From the IMG/VR virus record IMGVR_UViG_3300028394_002659: a stretch of 64,000 nt of DNA, one strand, 5' to 3'. Below the pieces are notes generated by a model, which did no database searches, was not told the origin of the DNA, and saw only the letters and a list, made by a program, of their open reading frames with translations. This DNA is from a virus. Position numbers and translations under genes: made by a program. How positions within the stretch are numbered: position 1 is the stretch's first letter; every line of letters starts with the position of its first letter. Positions 9,135 through 15,772 of this stretch are shown piece after piece.

Positions 9135-9171
9135 ATTGAATTTTTCTATGTCAGCAATAGTATCATGCCAC
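9135..9171. promoter_or_regulatory. Putative OxyR box upstream of the rubrerythrin promoter
   Basis: ATTG-N7-CTAT-N7-ATAG-N7-CCAC versus consensus ATAG-N7-CTAT-N7-ATAG-N7-CTAT; 11 bp upstream of the TTGACT -35 (9118-9123). Confidence 0.55.
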
Positions 9172-10014
9172 TCTGGAAGTGCTAACAAGACAAGTTCTAT
9201 GCATAACACGTGGACAGTCATCTGGGGTACCGGTGGCCAAATGCATCAATGAACGATTGTCCCAAAACACAATATCAAATGGTTTCCATTTGTGTCGATA
9301 AACATATTGTGGCTTGGTGGTATGCTCGAATAAAAATTGCAAAAGTTCTTGACCTTGTTGTTCGGGCAAGCCATCAATCCTGGAAGTAAAATGTGGGTTT
9401 ACTAACAAAGTCTTAAACCCACCTACTGGATGTTGTTGTACAATAGATTGCAGGCGAGGGGGATTTTTAGCCCGCTGTTCTGTAGATAGATCTGGACGAT
9501 AGGGATTTTGAGATTGTAATTCGTCGTACTTATGATAATACACATGCTCGGCTCGCAGGCCTTGCAGTTGTTGTTTCATGTCTGTACTGAGACCATCATA
9601 TGCGGCTTGTTGATCAGCAAACAGGGTATCTCCACCTTGAGCAGGTAACACCTGAGCATGCAAAAATGCTCCTGCATACGGGTATTCTTTCCAACTGCTG
9701 TCAGAGTGCCAGTATAGTCCTGCATCTCGAATACCAATGGGCCGAGAATCTTTGATTACATTGCTCACCACCAGCACTTCAGGATGCCCCGGCAAAGGAT
9801 AATCTAGTACAGGATGATTATATGTTGATAGATTACCAAAATTGCTAGAAAGAGCAATAAGTTGGTCAGGGGTGATTGGTTGATCACGAAATATCAACAA
9901 ATGCTCTTGAAGATGAATTGATTTTAATTCAGCAACTACGTTGTCTTCAAGCGGTTGAGAACAATCAAGACCTATGACTTCTGCGCCAAATGGTCGTAGT
10001 TTAGTAATCTGCAT
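9163..10014 (-). CDS. TauD/TfdA family 2OG-dependent dioxygenase
   Basis: WHSD, GGDTLFAD, WDNRSLMH, RVMHR motifs. Confidence 0.92.
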   Translation of the reverse strand: MQITKLRPFGAEVIGLDCSQPLEDNVVAELKSIHLQEHLLIFRDQPITPDQLIALSSNFGNLSTYNHPVLDYPLPGHPEVLVVSNVIKDSRPIGIRDAGLYWHSDSSWKEYPYAGAFLHAQVLPAQGGDTLFADQQAAYDGLSTDMKQQLQGLRAEHVYYHKYDELQSQNPYRPDLSTEQRAKNPPRLQSIVQQHPVGGFKTLLVNPHFTSRIDGLPEQQGQELLQFLFEHTTKPQYVYRHKWKPFDIVFWDNRSLMHLATGTPDDCPRVMHRTCLVSTSRVA

Positions 10015-10049
10015 GATGCAATTATTTATCTACACTGATATTGTTATAA

Positions 10050-10373
10050 TTATTCAGGATCGACTTGGGCACTGATGATCATTGCCGGAAATTCAAGTCC
10101 TTGGCCTAAATTTCCTGCTGAAACAAGATCAGCCCAGGCTTGTGCTGTGGCTAGATCTGGCCAGGACCGAACCACAGATCTTGGTGAGCTTTCAGACACG
10201 CTTTCAACAACTGATTCACTAACAACATTATTACTTGAAACTCCGTGCGTTGTTGCAAATGTTTCTAAAACTGATTGTGCTTGTGCTTGGAAGACAGATA
10301 TTGCTGTTGTAAAATCGCTTCCAGATAAGTTATGATGGGCAAATCCCCCGTTGACTACAGTAGTTGTACGCAT
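10050..10373 (-). CDS. hypothetical protein
   Basis: AGGAG RBS, TATAAATA late-promoter-like motif upstream. Confidence 0.6.
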   Translation of the reverse strand: MRTTTVVNGGFAHHNLSGSDFTTAISVFQAQAQSVLETFATTHGVSSNNVVSESVVESVSESSPRSVVRSWPDLATAQAWADLVSAGNLGQGLEFPAMIISAQVDPE

Positions 10374-10454
10374 GATAATCTCCTATATGCTTTGAAGTAT
10401 TTATACTAGACAACCCAATAAGGTCCAAGAGTTATGTATTATCAATTACCAATT

Positions 10455-10528
10455 TGGAGCGGGATACGAGAATCGAACTCGTCACTAAACCTTGGCAAGG
10501 TTTCGAGATACCACTTCACCAATCCCGC
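10455..10528 (-). tRNA. tRNA-Gly(GCC)
   Basis: Cloverleaf, anticodon loop TTGCCAA, encoded CCA. Confidence 0.93.
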
Positions 10529-10609
10529 ATTTGAGAAAAACCCTGTCGTATGTGCCAACTTCCGGGAGTGGCCAGCACACAGAGGACAGAGCCGTGTTGC
10601 TTTCGCTTG

Positions 10610-11083
10610 TTAGGCTGCACGTAGACCTTTGAATCGATCTGCGGCATATGAAGCCGCAAACGCATCAGGTTTGACAAAAGGTATAACATTACACACACCC
10701 TTGATGTAACCAATGGCCTGTGAAATCACACAACTTGATCCATGCATTTCGTTGGGATTGATGTCCAGGTGAACTTCAACTTCACGCCCTTCTAGTACTT
10801 CGGCCAGTTTTAGGTACAATTCGCTTACTTTGTACACTTCGGTCATGAGCCGCAAACTGGGGCGACTGGCTCGTTGATCCCAGTCACGCTCACGTTGCAC
10901 TTCACCAAACAATTTGCAACCGTTGTTGCCGTTGATATGAACCACGATAGCCAGCACATAGTCAGCATGCCAAGCACCGTCAACTTTGATACGTTCACTA
11001 TCACAACCAAGATAGATTCGAGTTTCGGGTGTTTGAGTCCGAATGAATTCTGCCACTTGGTCAATGTCTAGTTTTTTCATCAT
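10610..11083 (-). CDS. RNase H-like YkuK family protein
   Basis: IYLGCDS, RLMTEV, EVHLDIN, AASYAAD. Confidence 0.85.
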   Translation of the reverse strand: MMKKLDIDQVAEFIRTQTPETRIYLGCDSERIKVDGAWHADYVLAIVVHINGNNGCKLFGEVQRERDWDQRASRPSLRLMTEVYKVSELYLKLAEVLEGREVEVHLDINPNEMHGSSCVISQAIGYIKGVCNVIPFVKPDAFAASYAADRFKGLRAA

Positions 11084-11123
11084 TTGCCTTCTATTTAACC
11101 TGATAAACATTACAGTTTTATTA

Positions 11124-11200
11124 TGGTGCCCCAAGAGAGACTCGAACTCTCAAAATTTGGCTTCTAAGACCAACACGTATACCAATTCCGTCATCGGGGC
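11124..11200 (-). tRNA. tRNA-Leu(TAG), short variable loop
   Basis: Cloverleaf, loop CTTAGAA, 5-nt variable region, CCA. Confidence 0.88.
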
Positions 11201-11207
11201 TGAATAC

Positions 11208-11281
11208 TGGCACGGGAACTAGGGCTCGAACCTAGAATGACAGAGTCAAAGTCTGTAGTGTTACCATTACACTATTCCCGA
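11208..11281 (-). tRNA. tRNA-Gln(TTG)
   Basis: Cloverleaf, loop CTTTGAC, CCA. Confidence 0.92.
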
Positions 11282-11291
11282 ACAAAAAACT

Positions 11292-11366
11292 TGGTGGATG
11301 AGAGTAGAGTCGAACTACCACTTAACTCCGTATGAAGGAGGCGCACTACCATTATGCTACTCATCC
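11292..11366 (-). tRNA. tRNA with CAT anticodon (Met or lysidine-Ile2)
   Basis: Cloverleaf, loop TTCATAC, CCA. Confidence 0.85.
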
Positions 11367-11368
11367 AT

Positions 11369-11444
11369 TGGGGTGTCTGATGGGGATCGAACCCACGCAT
11401 ATCGGGATCACAACCCGAGGCCTTACCACTTGGCGACAGACACC
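11369..11444 (-). tRNA. tRNA-His(GTG)
   Basis: G-1:C73, loop TTGTGAT, CCA. Confidence 0.93.
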
Positions 11445-11450
11445 GTTGAT

Positions 11451-11527
11451 TGGCCGGTCCTGAGAGATTTGAACTCCCAACTTCCAGTTTCGAAGACTGG
11501 CACTCTATCCAATTGAGTTAAGGACCG
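11451..11527 (-). tRNA. tRNA-Arg(TCG)
   Basis: Loop CTTCGAA, CCA. Confidence 0.92.
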
Positions 11528-11532
11528 CTTAA

Positions 11533-11640
11533 CATAAGCAAACACACTACATCCAGCGAACCCATCTGCTGGCTTAGTTATTAATCGCTACAGGGTAACC
11601 GGAACCCTTCGCTGAGGCGTTAGTAATGTGTTTGCTTATG
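11533..11640 (-). ncRNA. Structured RNA A (18-bp closing stem), unknown function
   Basis: CATAAGCAAACACATTAC pairs with GTAGTGTGTTTGCTTATG; internal hairpins; lies between tRNA-Lys and tRNA-Arg. Confidence 0.6.
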
Positions 11641-11712
11641 GTAGGGGTGCTCGGGAACGATCCGAGTTTTACTGGTTAAAAGCCAGTTACTTCACCTTAA
11701 AGTTTCACCCCC
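11639..11712 (-). tRNA. tRNA-Lys(TTT), non-canonical (A8:U14, A54:U58)
   Basis: All four stems pair; loop CTTTTAA; T-loop ATCGTTC; CCA. Confidence 0.85.
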
Positions 11713-11763
11713 GCTATCTTATCACTCTTGTCACTTGTCATGACAGATCTCCTTTTAAAAAAT

Positions 11764-11837
11764 TGGTAGCCAGAACAAGAATTGAACTTGTAATAATCGC
11801 TTATCAAGCGACCGTTATACCATTTAACTATCCGGCT
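11764..11837 (-). tRNA. tRNA-Ile(GAT)
   Basis: Loop TTGATAA, CCA. Confidence 0.9.
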
Positions 11838-12000
11838 ATAAATATGCGTATGATTACCGCTGACGACGCTATGATATTCCTGTCCCAAGAGGCACAAGGT
11901 GTTTATCAACAACGATTTTATTCCACCACAACTCGCAAGTTCACTCTCAATACCATGCTGATCAACCCACCTAAAGAGTTCAAACTTGATACTACGTTTG

Positions 12001-12076
12001 TGGTGCCTCCTCCAGGTTCCGACCCTGGTTCCCTGGATTTTCAGTCCAGTGCTATGACCACATCAGCTAAAGAGGC
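12001..12076 (-). tRNA. tRNA-Phe(GAA), atypical T-loop
   Basis: Loop CTGAAAA; T-loop GTCGGAA; CCA. Confidence 0.88.
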
Positions 12077-12080
12077 GTAA

Positions 12081-12156
12081 TGGTACATCCTGACGGGCTC
12101 GAACCGCCGACAGCCTCGGTGTAAACGAGGAACTCTACCAACTGAGTTAAGGATGC
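12081..12156 (-). tRNA. tRNA-Val(TAC)
   Basis: Loop TTTACAC, CCA. Confidence 0.93.
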
Positions 12157-12161
12157 ATGTT

Positions 12162-12249
12162 TGGCGGAAGCGGTGAGATTCGAACTCACGGTACCTTTCG
12201 ATACGCTGGTTTTCAAGACCAGAGCCATAGACCACTCGACCACACTTCC
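12162..12249 (-). tRNA. tRNA-Ser(TGA)
   Basis: Long variable arm, loop CTTGAAA, CCA. Confidence 0.94.
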
Positions 12250-12255
12250 TAATTT

Positions 12256-12333
12256 TGGAATAGCGGGTGAGATTCGAACTCACGATTTTAGGGATTTGCA
12301 ATCCCTTGCATTTGACCACTCTGCCACCGCTAT
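12256..12333 (-). tRNA. tRNA-Cys(GCA)
   Basis: Loop TTGCAAA, U73, CCA. Confidence 0.92.
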
Positions 12334-12337
12334 ATAT

Positions 12338-12414
12338 TGGTCCGAGTAGTAGGATTCAAACCTACGACCCTCTGGTCCCAAACCAGATGCGCTATCAGGC
12401 TGCGCTATACTCGG
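12338..12414 (-). tRNA. tRNA-Pro(TGG)
   Basis: Loop TTTGGGA, CCA. Confidence 0.93.
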
Positions 12415-12653
12415 TTAATTTTTTTCTTGATCCACATGCCGAACAATGTACCACAGTAGGCACCTGCCAGGGCTGGAATTAATGCCCAGTGATCTTCGGT
12501 GTAGTTGATCACTGCCACACTGGCTGTGAATGTCACAGCCACAGACCACCATGCGGCCATCATGGCACGATCATCCTGAATTGACTTTACAAAGTAAACA
12601 TAAATCAAATCAGTGGCAAACACTGCCGCAAAAGTTATGAAGTAGGTCCACAT
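12405..12653 (-). CDS. small membrane protein within the tRNA array
   Basis: Three hydrophobic segments. Confidence 0.65.
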   Translation of the reverse strand: MWTYFITFAAVFATDLIYVYFVKSIQDDRAMMAAWWSVAVTFTASVAVINYTEDHWALIPALAGAYCGTLFGMWIKKKINRV

Positions 12654-12654
12654 G

Positions 12655-12882
12655 TTATTTCTTGGTTAATGGAGATTCTTGTGTTTTTTCTATCTCCGGC
12701 GGTTCTTCAAATCTTGCATTGCCACCAAGTCCTTTCCAACTGTCTTCTGTGAAGATTCTAATGGGTCGCCAGTGTCGAGCAATGATGTTGTTGATTACAA
12801 CAAGACCAATTACCACAACAACAAAGCCTAGTGCTGTCAAAACACTACCGGCTAGAAACACTGCCGCTTGATCCATGTCCAT
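12655..12882 (-). CDS. small membrane protein within the tRNA array
   Basis: AAGGA RBS, single TM helix. Confidence 0.65.
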   Translation of the reverse strand: MDMDQAAVFLAGSVLTALGFVVVVIGLVVINNIIARHWRPIRIFTEDSWKGLGGNARFEEPPEIEKTQESPLTKK

Positions 12883-12899
12883 AAGTTTTTCCTTAATTT

Positions 12900-12973
12900 T
12901 GGAGCGGGATAGCGGAATCGAACCGCTGACTCTAACTTGGAAGGATAGGGTAATACCATTTTACGAATCCCGC
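12900..12973 (-). tRNA. tRNA-Gly(TCC)
   Basis: Loop CTTCCAA, CCA. Confidence 0.9.
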
Positions 12974-12982
12974 TTGTTGTAT

Positions 12983-13011
12983 ATTATACTGTGTATAGAC
13001 AGTTTAGTCAA
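12983..13011 (-). promoter_or_regulatory. Internal tRNA-array promoter TTGACT-N17-TATAAT
   Basis: Consensus hexamers. Confidence 0.75.
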
Positions 13012-13024
13012 TGACTTTGAATAC

Positions 13025-13098
13025 TGGAGCGGAATACCAGAATCGAACTGGTGACATGACCTTGGCAAGGTCGCGTTTTACCCCTAAACTAATTCCGC
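13025..13098 (-). tRNA. tRNA-Gly(GCC), second copy
   Basis: Loop TTGCCAA, CCA. Confidence 0.92.
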
Positions 13099-13103
13099 AT
13101 AAG

Positions 13104-13179
13104 TGGTGCCCCCACCATGATTCGAACACGGCACCTACTGATTACAAATCAGTTGCTCTACCGAATGAGCTATAGGGGC
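13104..13179 (-). tRNA. tRNA-Thr(TGT)
   Basis: Loop TTTGTAA, CCA. Confidence 0.94.
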
Positions 13180-13185
13180 AAATTT

Positions 13186-13261
13186 TGGCTCCTCAGGGTG
13201 GGATCGAACCACCGACACCTTGATTAACAGTCAAGTGCAACTACCGCTGTGCTACTGAGGA
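13186..13261 (-). tRNA. tRNA-Asn(GTT)
   Basis: Loop CTGTTAA, CCA. Confidence 0.94.
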
Positions 13262-13269
13262 ATAAACTT

Positions 13270-13359
13270 TGGCGGAACGTTAGGGAGTCGAACCCTATCA
13301 ACAGCGTTAACCATTGTACAGATTAGCAATCTGCTGCCTTACCATCCGGCCCACGTTCC
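13270..13359 (-). tRNA. tRNA-Ser(GCT)
   Basis: Long variable arm, loop TTGCTAA, CCA. Confidence 0.9.
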
Positions 13360-13367
13360 TCTATACT

Positions 13368-13396
13368 ATTATATAGTTAACACCTCATGGTGTCAA
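13368..13396 (-). promoter_or_regulatory. Internal tRNA-array promoter TTGACA-N17-TATAAT
   Basis: Perfect consensus, between tRNA-Tyr and tRNA-Ser. Confidence 0.85.
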
Positions 13397-13404
13397 CAGT
13401 TATT

Positions 13405-13490
13405 TGGTGGAGAGTCAGGGATTCGAACCCCGTATACCGTAAGGTGGAAGATTTACAGTCTCCTGAAGTCGCCAATGCTTCTCACTCTCC
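13405..13490 (-). tRNA. tRNA-Tyr(GTA)
   Basis: Variable arm, loop CTGTAAA, CCA; G8. Confidence 0.9.
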
Positions 13491-13494
13491 AATT

Positions 13495-13569
13495 TGGTGG
13501 ACCGTCCCGGGTTCGAACCGGGGACTGAGGCTTGCAAAGCCACTGTGTTCCCAACTATACCAACAGCCC
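13495..13569 (-). tRNA. tRNA-Ala(TGC)
   Basis: G3:U70, loop TTTGCAA, CCA. Confidence 0.92.
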
Positions 13570-13576
13570 AATTATT

Positions 13577-13653
13577 TGGCGACTCCGAAAGGATTTGAAC
13601 CTCTGACATTTGGTTTTGGAGACCAACGTTCTGCCGGACTGAACTACGGAGCC
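13577..13653 (-). tRNA. tRNA-Trp(CCA)
   Basis: Loop CTCCAAA, CCA. Confidence 0.93.
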
Positions 13654-13675
13654 ATCAACACACTGTTGCCAATGT

Positions 13676-13740
13676 GCGTATCGAAACACTCTACATGGAT
13701 GAACCCACTTGCCTTGAGGCCTGAGAATGCTTCGATACGC
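13676..13740 (-). ncRNA. Structured RNA B (17-bp closing stem), related to RNA A
   Basis: GCGTATCGAAGCATTCT pairs with AGAGTGTTTCGATACGC; shares GCCTCA and TGGGTTC..ATGTAG with RNA A. Confidence 0.55.
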
Positions 13741-13839
13741 TCGGTTTTTTTTGTGTACAAAAACACAAGCCATCCCCGAGGCCGCCCATTTGCAGTTTTG
13801 AGTGATACCGGCTCGCGTTGCCTTGCACTTTGATAACGA

Positions 13840-13887
13840 TCATTGAACGTTATTGTGAATCCATTGCCAATACTCTTCTGTTGTCAT
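13840..13887 (-). CDS. 15-aa mini-ORF MTTEEYWQWIHNNVQ
   Basis: Strong AAGGAG RBS 7 nt upstream of the ATG; just downstream of attenuator 1. Confidence 0.45.
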   Translation of the reverse strand: MTTEEYWQWIHNNVQ

Positions 13888-13906
13888 TCTAGTTCTCCTT
13901 AAAAAC

Positions 13907-13976
13907 AAAAAACCCTGGAGTTTTTAGTTCCAGGGTCTTTGAATTAGATACGATTGCGTACTACGTTAAGACCCTG
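13907..13976 (-). terminator. Attenuator 1: terminator (13907-13936) with competing antiterminator arm (13968-13976)
   Basis: ACCCTGGA/TCCAGGGT stem + U-tract; CAGGGTCTT in the last leader codons pairs 9/9 with AAGACCCTG of the terminator 5' arm. Confidence 0.8.
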
Positions 13977-14076
13977 TGTCTCCTAGAATGATTGCTGTTG
14001 CGCGACCATAGGCATGTGACCAGGCAGATGTCTGACTGAACATATTCTTGGGCGACAAACAGAGTTTCGTTTTCAT
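13966..14076 (-). CDS. Leader peptide 1 (36 aa, leaderless): MKTKLCLSPKNMFSQTSAWSHAYGRATAIILGDTGS
   Basis: ATG 7 nt after TATAAT, no SD; last codons and stop overlap the antiterminator arm. Confidence 0.7.
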   Translation of the reverse strand: MKTKLCLSPKNMFSQTSAWSHAYGRATAIILGDTGS

Positions 14077-14083
14077 AGTATCA

Positions 14084-14112
14084 ATTATAGTTTATTTACC
14101 TTTGTGCGTCAA
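14084..14112 (-). promoter_or_regulatory. sigma70-type promoter TTGACG-N17-TATAAT for leader 1
   Basis: Consensus hexamers. Confidence 0.8.
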
Positions 14113-14153
14113 TCATTTTGGCAAACTTTCTTGTTGTATTTACACAACAGATT

Positions 14154-15284
14154 TTATTCACCTATACAGAAGGGTTTGCTGTAGATTGGTGCCCCGGTAT
14201 CTTTTCCAATCATACTGTTGATTGGGTTGATACTGGTTTCTACCAGATGGTTGCAGAAGTCTTTTTCTAATAATAAATTTTTAATGCCTTTTACATAAAG
14301 ATTAGCCACGTCATTGTGCTTCTTTAGCAAAACATCTAATCCAAGATCAAATCCACAAGAAAGTTCGCCATCAATGCCATCAACATTCACGGGGGCCAAT
14401 TCAAATTTGGATTCGGCGCCTTTTTGTGCAAAACTTGCGCCAGCAAATACTTCATTTTGTCTCGATAAGTTTTTTTGCCATATGCTATACGTAGCACTTG
14501 CGATGTTTTTAAATTTGGAACCATCGGGATCTAACCTGGCCTTGCCTGTATTTGCACTCATACGAAGTTTGAGTATTTTTTTAATCATATGACTTTGTTT
14601 GAGTGCCAACATAGGGTCAGTAAAAAAACATTCAATGTTTTCAAAATTCATTGTGCTCAACAAGGTTCTTGCATCATGGCATGAATAATATTTGTTATCT
14701 TTTTGGAATACTCTAGGTTGTTCGTGTCCAGTAATCAAACACCAGGTTGAACCACCGAACTGGTCAGCACAATAGTCCCACATTACAGAGTCCGTGGTTC
14801 CCATGGCAAATTTAGGGATCATTGAAATATTTTGAAAGATCCAATCTTCTCCTGTTACAATTTGTTGTTTGGCCGCAGGATTAAAACGTTCTTTTACAGT
14901 AATTTTGGTCAGTGGGTCATGATGGTTGTTTTTTAGCCAATCCACATATTGTGAATTATTCCAGGGCTCGTACTTGTCGTTGACCCAAATTACAATTTCA
15001 TCAATGTGTAAATTATTGCGTTTGAACACATTGTAGATTGTGTTACTATCTGTACCGCCACTCCACGACAGCATCACATGTTCATATTTGTTTCTTAAAT
15101 TACACGCATGCTGATCCATCAGTTGATCCAAGGACTCAGCAGGGTCTTGTAACCAATTTAGTTGGTCATTCTGTTGGTCGTGACAAACAAACTCAATAGG
15201 AGTTTTGCTTATAAATGCCTCGTATTTTGCAAGTATATGATTGAAAATTATTTTGCCATTAACACGGAAATAGATAGAGGGCAT
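14154..15284 (-). CDS. PP-loop ATP pyrophosphatase family protein, paralog of 18832-19947
   Basis: WSGGTDS; start moved to MPSIYF so it does not overlap the tRNA. Confidence 0.75.
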   Translation of the reverse strand: MPSIYFRVNGKIIFNHILAKYEAFISKTPIEFVCHDQQNDQLNWLQDPAESLDQLMDQHACNLRNKYEHVMLSWSGGTDSNTIYNVFKRNNLHIDEIVIWVNDKYEPWNNSQYVDWLKNNHHDPLTKITVKERFNPAAKQQIVTGEDWIFQNISMIPKFAMGTTDSVMWDYCADQFGGSTWCLITGHEQPRVFQKDNKYYSCHDARTLLSTMNFENIECFFTDPMLALKQSHMIKKILKLRMSANTGKARLDPDGSKFKNIASATYSIWQKNLSRQNEVFAGASFAQKGAESKFELAPVNVDGIDGELSCGFDLGLDVLLKKHNDVANLYVKGIKNLLLEKDFCNHLVETSINPINSMIGKDTGAPIYSKPFCIGE

Positions 15285-15300
15285 TTGTGTAGCGTATGAT

Positions 15301-15374
15301 TGGATGCGGGGGACAGATTCGAACTGCCGATGCACCTGGCTTATGAGACCGGTGTGGTGACCGCCCTCCCCGCG
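15301..15374 (-). tRNA. Atypical initiator-like tRNA(CAT) with reduced D-arm
   Basis: C1:A72 mismatch, CGCGGGG acceptor, loop CTCATAA, TTCGAAT, CCA. Confidence 0.7.
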
Positions 15375-15383
15375 GTATATTTA

Positions 15384-15623
15384 ATGCTCTGCGTCCCCCG
15401 GCGGTAATTATAGTGTATCAGAAATTTCGTCAAGTTGCCCCAACTAGTCTATTCATCACTTACACCCTCCACCCGCTTCCCGACAGGGACCGTTCTCGTA
15501 TTGCTAACGCCGGTTAGGTTGGACCGCTGATTGCTCAGTGAAACTTTGCTGTTTCAGAACCACCCGTGTGTGTCATCACACTTCTCATCGTCTGGGTCAG
15601 ACTATCCAGTGACGCTGGAACGT
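15384..15623 (-). ncRNA. Large multi-stem structured RNA E (about 240 nt), unknown function
   Basis: GC-rich non-coding interval with several hairpins (GTGTG/CACAC, TGAAAC/GTTTCA, CTGA-GCAA-TCAG, CTAAC/GTTAG). Confidence 0.6.
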
Positions 15624-15629
15624 AGGGGA

Positions 15630-15688
15630 GAGGCCACGGTTGCAGGATCTAGTGCTCCGAAGAGGAAGTGTCCAGGCGGTGTGGCCTC
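15630..15688 (-). ncRNA. Small structured RNA G
   Basis: GAGGCCAC/GTGGCCTC closing stem with internal cUUCGg hairpin, just 3' of tRNA-Asp. Confidence 0.45.
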
Positions 15689-15693
15689 AAACT

Positions 15694-15769
15694 TGGCGGT
15701 CTTAGGGGGTAACGATCCCCACTCTTACGGCGTGACAAGCCGTCGTGCGTCCATGAACACTTTAAGACC
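15694..15769 (-). tRNA. tRNA-Asp(GTC), non-canonical (A8:U14, A54:U58)
   Basis: Loop TTGTCAC; T-loop ATCGTTA; CCA. Confidence 0.87.
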
Positions 15770-15772
15770 AAA

